DNA from: Alphaproteobacteria bacterium | GTDB lineage: Bacteria; Pseudomonadota; Alphaproteobacteria; GCA-2746255 | Length of the DNA stretch: 64,000 nt | NCBI GenBank assembly: GCA_965249135.1 | Contig: OZ252220.1 | Location: 1,312,001 to 1,376,000, forward strand | Direction: 5' to 3' | Part shown: one piece after another, positions 48,973-61,624 of the stretch | Position numbering within the stretch: the first letter of the stretch is position 1 | Layout: the number at the start of each line of letters is the position of its first letter | Made by a program: the position numbers and the translations under genes | The notes under the pieces: generated by a model | The model's input: only the letters and a program-made list of their open reading frames with translations | Databases searched by the model: none | Told to the model about the DNA's origin: nothing

Positions 48973-50173
48973 ATGGACATTCTCCGACACCTTCTTATCG
49001 CGCTCACCTACACGGCGTTTGCCGTGGCACTCGCGGTGACGCTTCCCTACACCTTCCCGAATCTGGCAGGAGGCGACGCGCTCCTTATCGGCGGGTTCTT
49101 CTTCGTGATCTCCGCCATTCTGCACGAAGTTTTTGCCCGCTTCGAACGCGACGGGACGATGGGTACCCAACTCGCCGCCTTCGACGAGCTAAGGGACGAA
49201 TTGACGGAAGAGCTTCAGCGCGCGCCGGGAAGTCAGCCACGTTCATGCGCTGGTCGAGGACAGCCGCGGCAAGTCGCCGAAAAAGATGGGGGACATCGTC
49301 GCCGAGGTCCGCACCTTGCAAAAGCTTGTCGAAAAACTTTCCTCAAAAGGACAAGACGAGGTCGCCGAGGCACCGCCCAAGCGCATCGAAAAGCGCCCCG
49401 CCAAGAAACCCAGCATCGCCGCCAACGTCATCCACATGGGCCCGGAGGCCGTTCTCGAGCTGGTACAGGACGCGCTGCGCAGGGATCGCATCGATCTTTT
49501 CCTGCAGCCCATCGTCGCCCTGCCGCAACGCCAGCCGAAATTTTACGAGGCATTCTCACGCATTCGCGCGGACGATGGATCCTTCATCACGCCGGATCTT
49601 TATCTGAAGGTTGCCGAGGAACAGGGGCTGATGACGCCGATCGACAATCTGCTTCTGTTCCGCTGCGTCCAGATCGTTCGCAGCCAACGCAACCAGGGAC
49701 CCGGCGGCTTCTTCATTAACATTTCGAAGCACACGCTTTCCGATCAGTCCTTCTTACGGGAATTCATCGATTTCCTGGAATCGAACGCCGAGCTTGCGCC
49801 GTACCTTATTTTCGAATTCGCCCAAGCGGACCTTTCCATGCAAGACGGGGAGATTGCCGATGAACTGCAACGGCTCGCGCGGCTTGGTTTCCGCTTCTCG
49901 ATCGATCAGGTTCGTTCGCTGAATTTCAATATGGACGAGTTGCATGCGCGTCGATTCAAATTCATCAAGATCGATATCGAAACCCTGATTTCAGAGAAGC
50001 GCGAGAAGGGGCATCCGAACGCGATCAAAGGCATTCGCGACGCCTTCTTCCGAAACGGGATCGATCTCATCGTCGAGAAGATCGAAGACGACGCGACCCT
50101 GATCGACCTTCTGGAAGATCACATCGACTATGGCCAAGGCTATCTTTTCGGCGAACCGAAGCTTCGCCGTTAG
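48973..50173 (+). pseudogene. TipF-like degenerate EAL protein (2 TM + coiled coil + EAL) split by a +1 frameshift near 49225
   Basis: N-terminal TM/coiled-coil frame (..ELTEELQRA) continues in the +1 frame (REVSHVHALVEDSRGKSPKKMGDIV..) into EAL with LQPIVALPQRQPKFYEAFSRI, IVEKIE, GQGYLFGEP; no DDFGTG motif; could be a sequencing error. Confidence 0.75.
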
Positions 50174-50243
50174 CCGCTTCTTTTCTTTTTTCGCCGGGCA
50201 TGGCAGAACGTGCGGGAGCTGCGCCTAGACCGACGATTAGCCC

Positions 50244-51122
50244 ATGGCCATTCGCCTTCTTTCCGGCATCCGGGAACTTAGCAAGTCTTACGACGGTTTC
50301 ATCCTCGACCTATGGGGCGTCGTGCACGACGGCTACGCCCCCTTCCCCGGCGCCATCGAGGTCCTTCGGAAGCTGAAGGAAGCGGGAAAGCCCACACTTT
50401 TGCTCTCGAACGCGCCGCGGCGTCAGGCGGTCGTGAGCCAAGCGTTGGGGGAAATGGGAATCGCGCCGGACCTCTACGGCCACGTCCATTCCTCCGGCGA
50501 GGAAGCCTGGCAGGCGCTGCATGGGCGCACGGACCCCTGGTTCGCGGCTCTGGGCCCCGCTTGTTTTCATCTTGGACCTCGGCGCGATCGCGGCATGCTG
50601 GAAGGACTCGCGCTTAGGGAAGTGAAAACCCCGGAGGCGGCGGACTTCATCCTGAACACCGGCATCGACTGCGACGAGGAGACCCTCGCCGATTACGAGG
50701 ACCTGCTGGCGCGGGGAGCCCGGAACGGCGTGCCGATGGTCTGCGCGAACGCCGACCGCGAGGCCCTGCGCGGCGAGGTGCGGGTCATCTGCGCCGGCGC
50801 GCTTTCCCAGCGCTACGAGGCACTTGGCGGAAAGGTGCGCGCCTTCGGCAAGCCGGACCCGGCGATGTTCGAAAGCGCGCTCCGCCTGCTTGGCATTTCA
50901 AAACGCACGCGCGCACTCACCATCGGGGATTCGCTTGCCACCGATATCCGGGGGTCGGAGCGGGCCGGGATCGACGCCGTGCTGGTGACCGGGGGTTTGC
51001 ATGCCGCCGAGCTTGGCCTCGATGGGCGCCAGGAAGAACTGCCAACACGCGATCGCCTGGCCGCCCTGCTCGCCCGTGAAAACCTGCACCCGATCGCCGC
51101 GATCCCACGCCTTCGCTGGTAG
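50244..51122 (+). CDS. HAD-superfamily IIA hydrolase (TIGR01459-like)
   Basis: ILDLWGVVHDG, LSNAPR, CANAD, GKPDP, IGDSLATDIRG. Confidence 0.9.
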   Translation: MAIRLLSGIRELSKSYDGFILDLWGVVHDGYAPFPGAIEVLRKLKEAGKPTLLLSNAPRRQAVVSQALGEMGIAPDLYGHVHSSGEEAWQALHGRTDPWFAALGPACFHLGPRRDRGMLEGLALREVKTPEAADFILNTGIDCDEETLADYEDLLARGARNGVPMVCANADREALRGEVRVICAGALSQRYEALGGKVRAFGKPDPAMFESALRLLGISKRTRALTIGDSLATDIRGSERAGIDAVLVTGGLHAAELGLDGRQEELPTRDRLAALLARENLHPIAAIPRLRW

Positions 51123-51173
51123 CGGCGATAAAGCGGGCAAGGACGGTGGAAAAGCCCTTGCCCGCTTGGCCGG

Positions 51174-51593
51174 TCAGTGAAGGAAGAGCGTCGGCAGATG
51201 GGGCACGCCTATTTCCATAAGCATCGCCACCTCGGCGCCGATCCCAACCAAGAAAGCGGCGGTGCGGATCCAGGGAATGCCGAGGATGTGGACGGTGGCC
51301 TGGACAAGCCTCGCCACCACGAAAATCTCGGCACCCAGCGCCGTCGTTTCATTGGAAACGCCGAACATCGTGCCGGCGACGATGATGGCGAAGGGAATCA
51401 GGTTCTCCATCAGATTCAGATGGGCCCGGTCTGCACGCTGCGCCCAGGCCGGAAGGGGCGCGTCTTCCGGCGTTGGATGTCCGACATAGCGCCGGATTCC
51501 CCACACCTGGACCTTTCCGATAACGGGGAGCATCGCCATGACAATGGCAACGACCGCTAGCTGCAACAAACAGATGAATTCGATGGGAGCCAT
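51174..51593 (-). CDS. MAPEG family membrane protein
   Basis: WAQRADRAHLNLMENLIPFA, ARLVQATVHILGIPWIRT; several TM segments. Confidence 0.85.
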   Translation of the reverse strand: MAPIEFICLLQLAVVAIVMAMLPVIGKVQVWGIRRYVGHPTPEDAPLPAWAQRADRAHLNLMENLIPFAIIVAGTMFGVSNETTALGAEIFVVARLVQATVHILGIPWIRTAAFLVGIGAEVAMLMEIGVPHLPTLFLH

Positions 51594-51706
51594 TGTGCGT
51601 CCCTCCAGTTATTTTCTAAAAATATCCGCCAACTCGTACTGAAACTAGGATGCCGCATCACCTTAAGGGGTTTCGCACGAAAACCAAATTTCCGGGGGGC
51701 GAAGGC

Positions 51707-52948
51707 TTAAGTGCGGTAATCCGCGTTGATTTCGATATAGCCATGGGTGAGATCGCAGGTCCAAACCGTTGCGCTCCCCTGGCCGATACCGACATCGACG
51801 GCAATGTCGATGGCCCGTCCCTTCATATGCCGGGCCACGGGCGCTTCTTTGTAACCGGGAGCCTCGGCGCCCCCTTTCGCCACCCGAATGCCGCCGATCC
51901 GGATGTCGAGTTTCTTTCGATCCGCCCGTTCGCCCGCCTTGCCGACCGCCATGACGATCCGTCCCCAGTTCGGATCTTGGCCCGCGATCGCCGTCTTGAC
52001 GAGGGGCGAGTTTGCAATCGACAGACCGATCGCGCGCGCCGCCTTCTCGGAAGCAGCCCCCTTGACGGTGATCGTCACGAACTTGCTCGCCCCCTCGCCG
52101 TCCCGGATGATTTGCTGGGCAAGGTCGACCATGACGGCCTCGAGCGCCTGCTTGAAGCCGCGTAAATGCGGATCCGATACCGAGCGCACCGCCTTGTGCG
52201 GCTTGCTCTTGCCGGTTGCGCAAAGAAAGACGGAATCGCTCGTCGAGGTGTCGCTGTCGACGGTGATCGAATTAAAGGAGCGCGCGTTCGAGGCGACGAG
52301 AAGCTTCCGCAAGACCGCCGGCGGAATCTTCGCATCCGTAAAGAGGAAGGCCAGCATCGTCGCCATGTTCGGCGCGATCATGCCGGAGCCTTTCGCAAAC
52401 GCGGCGATCTTAACGGACGTGCCACCGATGCGGGCTGTGGCACTCGCGCCTTTCGGATGGGTGTCCGTCGTGAGGATCGCGCTGGCGGCCCGCTTCCAGT
52501 GGCCGGGTGCGAGCTTATCCACCAAGGCAGGCAAGGTCTTTACGATGCGTTGCACGGGCAAAGCTTCCCCGATGACGCCGGTGGAAGCCAGGAAGACCTC
52601 TTTTTCCGGACAATCGAGCAGGCGGGCTACCGTCTTTGCCGTCCGGGCGACCGCCTTTTCCCCAGCCAGCCCGGTGAAGGTGTTCGCGTTGCCGGCATTG
52701 ACGACGATCGCCCGAACGCGCCCGCCGCCGATCCGCTTGCGGCACCACTCGACGGAGGCCGAAGCTAAGCGGGAGCGCGTGAAGACACCGGCCACCGCCG
52801 ATCCCGGCGCCAGCGCAGCCAGCATCAGATCGTTCCGCCCACGGTAGCGAATCCCGCAAGCCATGCCGCCCAACCGGACGCCCGGAATGGACGGCAGCTT
52901 CGGGAATTCCCGTGGGGCCAATGGCGAACGCTTTAACTTCCCGGCCAT
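51707..52948 (-). CDS. argJ: Bifunctional ornithine acetyltransferase/N-acetylglutamate synthase
   Basis: [59 protein letters not shown]. Confidence 0.96.
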   Translation of the reverse strand: MAGKLKRSPLAPREFPKLPSIPGVRLGGMACGIRYRGRNDLMLAALAPGSAVAGVFTRSRLASASVEWCRKRIGGGRVRAIVVNAGNANTFTGLAGEKAVARTAKTVARLLDCPEKEVFLASTGVIGEALPVQRIVKTLPALVDKLAPGHWKRAASAILTTDTHPKGASATARIGGTSVKIAAFAKGSGMIAPNMATMLAFLFTDAKIPPAVLRKLLVASNARSFNSITVDSDTSTSDSVFLCATGKSKPHKAVRSVSDPHLRGFKQALEAVMVDLAQQIIRDGEGASKFVTITVKGAASEKAARAIGLSIANSPLVKTAIAGQDPNWGRIVMAVGKAGERADRKKLDIRIGGIRVAKGGAEAPGYKEAPVARHMKGRAIDIAVDVGIGQGSATVWTCDLTHGYIEINADYRT

Positions 52949-53061
52949 CTTCGTATCGGTTGCAATTGTTGGGAAACCGGCATCCTACAGATCAGGGATT
53001 TGAGAACAAGTGCAGAAAACGGCCCCCTTCTTGGGATTCGTCAAGGTCCGCCCAGCCCAGA

Positions 53062-53106
53062 CCCGTTGACAGCCCCCGTTGACAGCCTTCGGCTTGCACC
53101 CTATTT
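53062..53106 (+). promoter_or_regulatory. Putative sigma70 promoter of secA with duplicated -35 (CCCGTTGACAGCC x2)
   Basis: Exact 13-bp tandem at 53062-53074 and 53075-53087; GTTGAC(53078)-N17-CTATTT(53101) resembles the alphaproteobacterial CTTGAC-N17-CTATAT consensus. Confidence 0.6.
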
Positions 53107-53164
53107 CTCGGTTAAGAGCGCGCACCTTAAAATCCATTCTCCAACCCGATCGAGAGAAGCCCCG

Positions 53165-55891
<2,727 letters not shown>

Positions 55892-55895
55892 AGCC

Positions 55896-56852
55896 TCAGT
55901 CGAGGCCTTTCCTTCCCATTTCGAGGAACTTCTCGCGGCGCTGCGCACGAAGCACGCCGCCTTCGAGCTCGGCAAGCCCGGCCAATTCCTTCTCAACGGC
56001 GTTGCCCACCGCGTTGATGATCTGACGCTGCTGGCGATGGGCGCCGCCAAGGGGCTCGTTGATGACCTTGTCGACGAGACCAAGCTCGAGGAGGTCCTGG
56101 GCGGTGAGTTTGAGCGCTTCGGATGCCTCTTTCGCCGCCTCGCCACTCCGCCAGAGAATGGAGGCGCAGCCTTCCGGCGAGATCACGGAATAGATGGCGT
56201 GTTCCAGCATCAGCACCGTATCGGCCGAAGCGATGGCGATCGCCCCGCCGGAGCCTCCCTCGCCGATGATGACGCTGACGAAGGGCACGCGAAGGCCAAG
56301 CCCCGCCTCGATGCAACGCGCGATCGCCTCGGCCTGGCCGCGCTCTTCCGCGTCCACGCCCGGATAGGCGCCCGGCGTGTCCACGAAGCTCAACACCGGA
56401 AGCTGGAAGTGATCGGCCATGTGGAAAAGGCGTTGCGCCTTCCGATAGCCTTCGGGCCGCGCCATGCCGAAATTATGACGGACGCGGGAGTCTGTGTCCG
56501 ACCCCTTCTCGTGACCGATGACGACGACGGAGCGTCCACGGAAGCGCCCGAGGCCACCCAGTATCGCCGGGTCTTCGCCGTACAGGCGGTCGCCGGCAAG
56601 GGGCGTCCATTCCGCGACCAGCTCGCTCAAATAGTCGCAAAAATGCGGGCGCTGGGGATGGCGGGCGACCTGCACCTTCTGCCAGGGCGTCAGCTTCGAA
56701 TAGATCTGCTGGATGAGCCGTTCGACCTTGGCCTGAAGTTTCCCGATCTCGTCTGCGGGATTGACGCCGTCGCTGCCTGCGCGATGGCGAAGCACCTCGA
56801 TCATGCCTTCGAGTTCGGCAATCGGCTTCTCGAAATCGAGGAAATGCTGCAT
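55896..56852 (-). CDS. accA: Acetyl-CoA carboxylase carboxyltransferase alpha
   Basis: FLDFEKPIAELE, ARHPQRP, NFGMARPEGYRKA, DTPGAYPG, GEGGSGGA, SPEGCASILW. Confidence 0.97.
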   Translation of the reverse strand: MQHFLDFEKPIAELEGMIEVLRHRAGSDGVNPADEIGKLQAKVERLIQQIYSKLTPWQKVQVARHPQRPHFCDYLSELVAEWTPLAGDRLYGEDPAILGGLGRFRGRSVVVIGHEKGSDTDSRVRHNFGMARPEGYRKAQRLFHMADHFQLPVLSFVDTPGAYPGVDAEERGQAEAIARCIEAGLGLRVPFVSVIIGEGGSGGAIAIASADTVLMLEHAIYSVISPEGCASILWRSGEAAKEASEALKLTAQDLLELGLVDKVINEPLGGAHRQQRQIINAVGNAVEKELAGLAELEGGVLRAQRREKFLEMGRKGLD

Positions 56853-56863
56853 CCGCCGGCCGG

Positions 56864-57850
56864 TCAGCCTGCCGTGGGGGTGGCGATTTGTTCCGCCTTC
56901 TTCACGAGGACCTGGGCCTGCTTGATCGAGGCGATGTCGATCAGCCGGCCGTCAAGGGCGACGGCGCCCTGGCCTTCCTTCTGCGCCTTCTCCATCGCGT
57001 CCAGAATGCGTTTGGCCTTGTCGATCTCCTTCTTAGAAGGGCTGAACACTTCGTTGGCGAGGGGAACCTGGGCGGGATGAATCGCCCACTTGCCTTCACA
57101 ACCAAGAACGCAGGCGCGGCTGGATTGGGCGCGAAAGCCAAGCGCGTCCGAAAAATCGCCGAACGGCCCATCGACCGGCCTCAAGCCGTTCGCCCGCGCC
57201 GCCACCACCATGCGGGCGATCGCGTAATGCCACATGTCGCCCCAATGCACCTCGCGATTGCCCGCCTCGTCCGGGTCCGTGAGCACGATGTAGTCCGGAT
57301 TGGGGCCGCCGATGTTCGTCGTCTTCGCCTTCGTCGAGGCCGCATAATCAGCAACCCCGAAATGCAGCGATTCGTTGCGCGGGCTGGCCGCCGCGATCGC
57401 GTCCACGTTCATCATGCCAAGCGCGGTTTCGATGATGATTTCGAAGCCGATCCGTTTCGTGAACCCTTTCGCCTGCTCGATCTGCGTCACCATCATGTCG
57501 ACGGCATAGACGTCCGCCGCGGTGCCGACCTTCGGAATCATGATGAGGTCCAGTTTGTCGCCTGCCCGTTCGACGACGTCGACGACGTCGCGATACATGT
57601 AATGCGTATCGAGCCCATTGATACGAACGGAAACCGTCTTCGCACTCCAATCGACATCGTTCAGTGCCTGGATGATATTTTCCCGCGCCTGCGGTTTATC
57701 GTCAGGCGCCACCGCGTCTTCCAGGTCGAGAAAAATGACGTCCGCCTCACCCTTCGCCGCCTTTTCGAAGAATTTCGGCGAGCTTCCGGGCACGGCAAGC
57801 TCCGAGCGGTTGAGACGGGGTGTGGCTTCCTCGACGATCGTAAAGCTCAT
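56864..57850 (-). CDS. mcl: L-malyl-CoA/beta-methylmalyl-CoA lyase (CitE family)
   Basis: RLNRSELAVPGS, FLDLEDAVAPDDK, RINGLDTHYMYRD, IETALG, DGPFGDF, GCEGKWAIHP; resembles recalled Methylobacterium MclA. Confidence 0.88.
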   Translation of the reverse strand: MSFTIVEEATPRLNRSELAVPGSSPKFFEKAAKGEADVIFLDLEDAVAPDDKPQARENIIQALNDVDWSAKTVSVRINGLDTHYMYRDVVDVVERAGDKLDLIMIPKVGTAADVYAVDMMVTQIEQAKGFTKRIGFEIIIETALGMMNVDAIAAASPRNESLHFGVADYAASTKAKTTNIGGPNPDYIVLTDPDEAGNREVHWGDMWHYAIARMVVAARANGLRPVDGPFGDFSDALGFRAQSSRACVLGCEGKWAIHPAQVPLANEVFSPSKKEIDKAKRILDAMEKAQKEGQGAVALDGRLIDIASIKQAQVLVKKAEQIATPTAG

Positions 57851-57966
57851 GGTTTCCTCGTTCGATTGAAGGGGGTGAGCGGCGTGGGATCAGGTGCTTC
57901 CTTCCAGGAAAACGGATTGATTCCGTTCCTTGCCTCGAAAGTCAACTCCATCCCCTCAATCCCCGG

Positions 57967-58911
57967 TCAGCGGGGGTTCGCAAGCGGATGGTGGGCGTCG
58001 ACGAGGCGCCGAAGCCGCTCGCGCAGCACATGGGTGTAAATCTGAGTCGTCGCGATGTCGGCATGTCCCAGCATCTGTTGCACACTTCTCAGGTCCGCGC
58101 CATGGGCCAGAAGGTGGCTGGCGAAGGCATGGCGAAGCACGTGAGGCGAAACCCTGGCCGGGTCGATCCCGGCCTCAGCCGCCAGTTCCTTCAAGAGCTG
58201 CAGGAAGCGCTGGCGCGTAAGATGCCCGGTTTGGCTGCGAGAGGGAAACACCCATTTCGATTGGCCCGCGTCGCCTAAAAAAAACTTGCGCGCCGCGCGA
58301 TAGGCTTTGAGCGCCGCCACCGCCGGCTCGCCCAAGGGGACCATCCGTTCCTTGTCGCCCTTGCCGCGCACGACGAGAAACCGTTTGTCGCCGGTGATCG
58401 CCGAGAGGGGAAGGGCGACGAGCTCCGAGACCCGAAGTCCCGTCGCGTAAAGAATCTCCAGCAGCGCCTGGATGCGAAGCCCCTTTGCACCGGTCTTTCC
58501 CCGCGTCGCCTTGAGCAGGGCCTCGACTTCTTTTTCCGTTAGATATTTGGGGAGCCGCCTTCCCAGTTTCGGGCTGTCGAGCTTGGCGCTTGGATCGTCG
58601 GGCCGCATCCCTTCCGCATAAAGAAAGCGGTAGAACTGGCGCAACGTCGAAAGACGGCGCGCCGCCGTCCGCGGGGAGAGGCCGGCCTTCTCGATGGCCC
58701 CCAAATAGGCGCGCAAATCGTCGCTTGCAGCCTTGTCGATCGTCCTGCCCTGCTTGTCGAGAAAGCGGGCGAAGTCCCTCAGGTCGCGGTGGTAGGAATC
58801 GAGCGTGTTTTTTGAGACGCCCCGTTCGGCCAACAGCATCTCGAGGAAAACTTCCAGCGCGCGGGCGGCGGCGTTCGTTTCGTGATCCTGTCCGTCCGTC
58901 ATCCCGCTCAT
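57967..58911 (-). CDS. xerD: Site-specific tyrosine recombinase XerD
   Basis: AERGVSKNTLDSY, LYATGLRVSEL, GKGDKERMVP, SPHVLRHAFASHLL, LGHADIATTQIYTH. Confidence 0.95.
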   Translation of the reverse strand: MSGMTDGQDHETNAAARALEVFLEMLLAERGVSKNTLDSYHRDLRDFARFLDKQGRTIDKAASDDLRAYLGAIEKAGLSPRTAARRLSTLRQFYRFLYAEGMRPDDPSAKLDSPKLGRRLPKYLTEKEVEALLKATRGKTGAKGLRIQALLEILYATGLRVSELVALPLSAITGDKRFLVVRGKGDKERMVPLGEPAVAALKAYRAARKFFLGDAGQSKWVFPSRSQTGHLTRQRFLQLLKELAAEAGIDPARVSPHVLRHAFASHLLAHGADLRSVQQMLGHADIATTQIYTHVLRERLRRLVDAHHPLANPR

Positions 58912-60740
58912 AGCCCCTTCATCAGGCTCGCTTCAACGCCAAGCCGTCGCGCTTCTTGCTCAAGGCCGACCCGTTTGAGCGCCGTGATGACGGCTTCCAG
59001 CGTGATCGGCGCCGCCTCCCCCGGCCCGCCCTCGCCAAGGCTCAAGAGGGCGAGCAGCACCGTCTCGCCGATGCGCGCTGCCGAAGCGGCCTCGGCCAGC
59101 CCGTGCCAGATGGCAAGCGCAGGGACGACCGCGATCGTGCGCGGCGCATCGCCGAGCGCAAGCACCCATTCGGCGCTGCCCACCGGCTCGCCGATGGCGG
59201 CGAGGAGTCCGAACAGAAGCGCTGCTTCTTGTTTTTGTTCCGTCGTATCGCCGACAACCTTCCACCAGGCGGCCAGCCGTTCCGCCTCCCAGGTGAGATT
59301 GCCCCCGCCATCGGCCAGCTTGACGAAGGGCCAAAGCCGATCCCGCATCACCTCGGCGTTCGCGTTCTCATAGGCGGTCCGCTGGACGACGGCGAGCCAG
59401 GCGAAGGCCTCCGGCGCCTGATCCGCCAGCAGCAGCGCCTTGCCGGCATCCACCGCGAACCAGGCGAGGTCCGGCTTGGGGGCAATGGCGAGCAGGGTGG
59501 GAAGGTTGACCCGAACGGCTGTCGCATAAGCGGCCCCGCTTGCGTCCGCCGCCTTGGCCTCCTTCCAAAGACGCTGCAGGAGTTCCGCCCGTTGGCTCGA
59601 ATCCGTTCGCTCCCGCGCCGCGCGATAGAGAAGCGCACGACCCTTCGCCTCATCGGAGGCGGCATTCTCGGCGTCGCGAATCTCTTCCGAGCGGAAGGAA
59701 ACGCTGCGGTAAAGCTCGCCCAGCTCATCCGGTGTAAGCGTGCCCAGCGCCTCGGCCCGCTCGCCTGCGTTCAAGCGAAGCACGATCGGCGCATTCGGGT
59801 TCATGGCAAGGGCGCGAAGGATGGCAGGCGACGTCGTCGTACCGGCATCCGGCGGCACCTGACGGCCGGCCTCGCGGATCATGACGGCTTCAAGGGGCGA
59901 TGGATCCGGCAGGTTGAAGACCTGCACGTCGTCCTTGCCGAGAATCGCATCGACCAGTTGAAAGAAGGCGGGCGTGCTCTTCTCCGGCATCTCGCGCAAA
60001 AGCGCAAGGCCCAGCTGGACCGCCTGGGCTTCCTTCGCGATGGCCTCGCAGAAAATCAGCATCCGCTGCCAATGGGCGCCTTGGTAATCGCGGACCCGTT
60101 TTCGTACCTCCTTGCAGGCCGTCTCGGCATCGCCGACAAGGAAGATACTTTCGACATAGGCAATGGCCATCGATTCATCCATGGCATGGGCAGGGATGAT
60201 TCGCGCAAGCTCGATGATCGCCTTTGAGGAGCCCATCGCCGTCAGCCGTTCGAAGCGAAGCGGCAACAAATTCACCTGCAGTTCACCATCGCCGGGGGCG
60301 GTTGCCGTCGAAAGCAGAAGGCGGCGTTGCAAGGCCTGCATGGTGGGAGAACGCGCGGCAGAAGGAAGCTTGGGCAGCAAGCGCACGAGGAGATTGCGAT
60401 GCGTTCCTTCCCACATCGCGATACCGAAGCCACCGGCCTCTTCATCGAGAAGACCGACGGAATTCGGATCCACCCTTTCAAGGGGAGCGACGTCCACGGT
60501 TGCGGGATCGCCGGTTTCTTCGGCTTCTTTTTCGCTCGCTTCGCTTTCAGGCGCGATGGTCTCGGCTTTTTCCTCTGGTCTAAGGCTCGGCGGTTCGGCG
60601 GCGGCGGCCGGCGAAAGGGAAATCGGGCCCTCGGCGCGGGCCGCCTGGAAAGAGCCTGCGGCGGCGCCTAGCACAACCCCAAGCGTTATTGCGGCAAGGA
60701 TGAAAAAGCCGGAGGCGCGTCTATTTCGGAAAGCGCTCAT
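58908..60740 (-). CDS. Conserved hypothetical exported alpha-helical protein upstream of xerD
   Basis: Signal-peptide-like N-terminus, acidic linker, GGFGIAMWEGT, RIGETVLLAL, LKRVGLEQEARRLGVEA; start probably ATG 60740 (ORF track gives 60803). Confidence 0.75.
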   Translation of the reverse strand: MSAFRNRRASGFFILAAITLGVVLGAAAGSFQAARAEGPISLSPAAAAEPPSLRPEEKAETIAPESEASEKEAEETGDPATVDVAPLERVDPNSVGLLDEEAGGFGIAMWEGTHRNLLVRLLPKLPSAARSPTMQALQRRLLLSTATAPGDGELQVNLLPLRFERLTAMGSSKAIIELARIIPAHAMDESMAIAYVESIFLVGDAETACKEVRKRVRDYQGAHWQRMLIFCEAIAKEAQAVQLGLALLREMPEKSTPAFFQLVDAILGKDDVQVFNLPDPSPLEAVMIREAGRQVPPDAGTTTSPAILRALAMNPNAPIVLRLNAGERAEALGTLTPDELGELYRSVSFRSEEIRDAENAASDEAKGRALLYRAARERTDSSQRAELLQRLWKEAKAADASGAAYATAVRVNLPTLLAIAPKPDLAWFAVDAGKALLLADQAPEAFAWLAVVQRTAYENANAEVMRDRLWPFVKLADGGGNLTWEAERLAAWWKVVGDTTEQKQEAALLFGLLAAIGEPVGSAEWVLALGDAPRTIAVVPALAIWHGLAEAASAARIGETVLLALLSLGEGGPGEAAPITLEAVITALKRVGLEQEARRLGVEASLMKGL

Positions 60741-60861
60741 CCGGCAGCACCTTCTCGATCGCGACGGCAGGCGATGGAATGTCCCAATTCGCAAATGCCA
60801 CAAACCCGCCGAGAAGAATAAGCAGGATCAACAGCAGCGCGATCCGTAAGATCCGATTCAT
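60721..60861 (-). CDS. Small single-TM conserved hypothetical protein
   Basis: 46 aa, not in track: MNRILRIALLLILLILLGGFVAFANWDIPSPAVAIEKVLPDERFPK. Confidence 0.72.
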   Translation of the reverse strand: MNRILRIALLLILLILLGGFVAFANWDIPSPAVAIEKVLPDERFPK

Positions 60862-61042
60862 AAAGGATGATGAGCGCACTTTACGTTCTCCGGCCTTCGA
60901 ACCGGCGCCAGGAGGGCCGGTCTGGCTTCCGCTGGCGGCGGGTTTTCGACATGTGGTAGGCTTCGCCCATGGCGATATTGCGACATCGCGCCCCCTATTT
61001 CAACGTTATCCATCACCGCTGCGGCCCGGATTTCCTGGGAAA

Positions 61043-61624
61043 ATGACCAGAAAACCCCCTGGCGCGGCGGGCCCTGCGATCGTCCTTATTGGCCTGATGG
61101 GGGTCGGCAAATCCTCCGTCGGCCGCCGCCTGGCGGCCCGTCGCGGGCTCGGCTTCCTCGATACGGATGCGGAGATCGAAAAGGCGGCCGGTTGCACGAT
61201 CGAAGAAATCTTCGAGAACCATGGCGAGGCGCATTTTAGGAAAGGCGAACGCCGGGTGATCGCGCGGCTCTTATCCGGTCCGCCGCACGTGCTGGCGACA
61301 GGGGGCGGCGCGTTTCTCGATCCCGAGACCCGGGCCTTGATTCGAGAACGCGGCATCTCGATCTGGCTGGAGGCAGGGCTCGACCTTCTGGTCGCCCGTG
61401 TCAGCCGACGGCCAGACCGGCCCTTGTTGAAAAAAGGCGATCCTCGCGCCATCCTTGCGAAGCTGATTGCGGAGCGCTATCCCATTTACGCGGAAGCCGA
61501 CCTTAAGGTCGAGGTGAAGGACGAACCCATCGAGGCCACCGTCGAGAGGGTGGCGAAAGTCCTGGCCACTCACGAGAAAGGAACGCAGGCCAGCCCCCGG
61601 GAAAGCGGGAAGAAAACCACATGA
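61043..61624 (+). CDS. aroK: Shikimate kinase
   Basis: LIGLMGVGKSSVG P-loop, DTDAEIE, GEAHFRKGE, ATGGGA, RPLL, RYPIY; start ATG 61043. Confidence 0.95.
   Translation: MTRKPPGAAGPAIVLIGLMGVGKSSVGRRLAARRGLGFLDTDAEIEKAAGCTIEEIFENHGEAHFRKGERRVIARLLSGPPHVLATGGGAFLDPETRALIRERGISIWLEAGLDLLVARVSRRPDRPLLKKGDPRAILAKLIAERYPIYAEADLKVEVKDEPIEATVERVAKVLATHEKGTQASPRESGKKTT

Noticed and set aside
49226-49719. C-terminal part of the 250-aa ORF 48967-49719 as a real protein
   Set aside because: Arg/Gly/Pro-rich out-of-frame tail overlapping the EAL coding frame; product of the frameshift
51610-51685. TATTTT-CTA-AAAATA dyad and weak GGTTTCG/CGAAAACC hairpin between argJ and the MAPEG gene
   Set aside because: Short, low-complexity and without a U-tract; insufficient support as operator or terminator
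57967-58911. Tyrosine recombinase as a possible island integrase
   Set aside because: Sequence and aroK/accA context identify housekeeping XerD; no att sites or cargo
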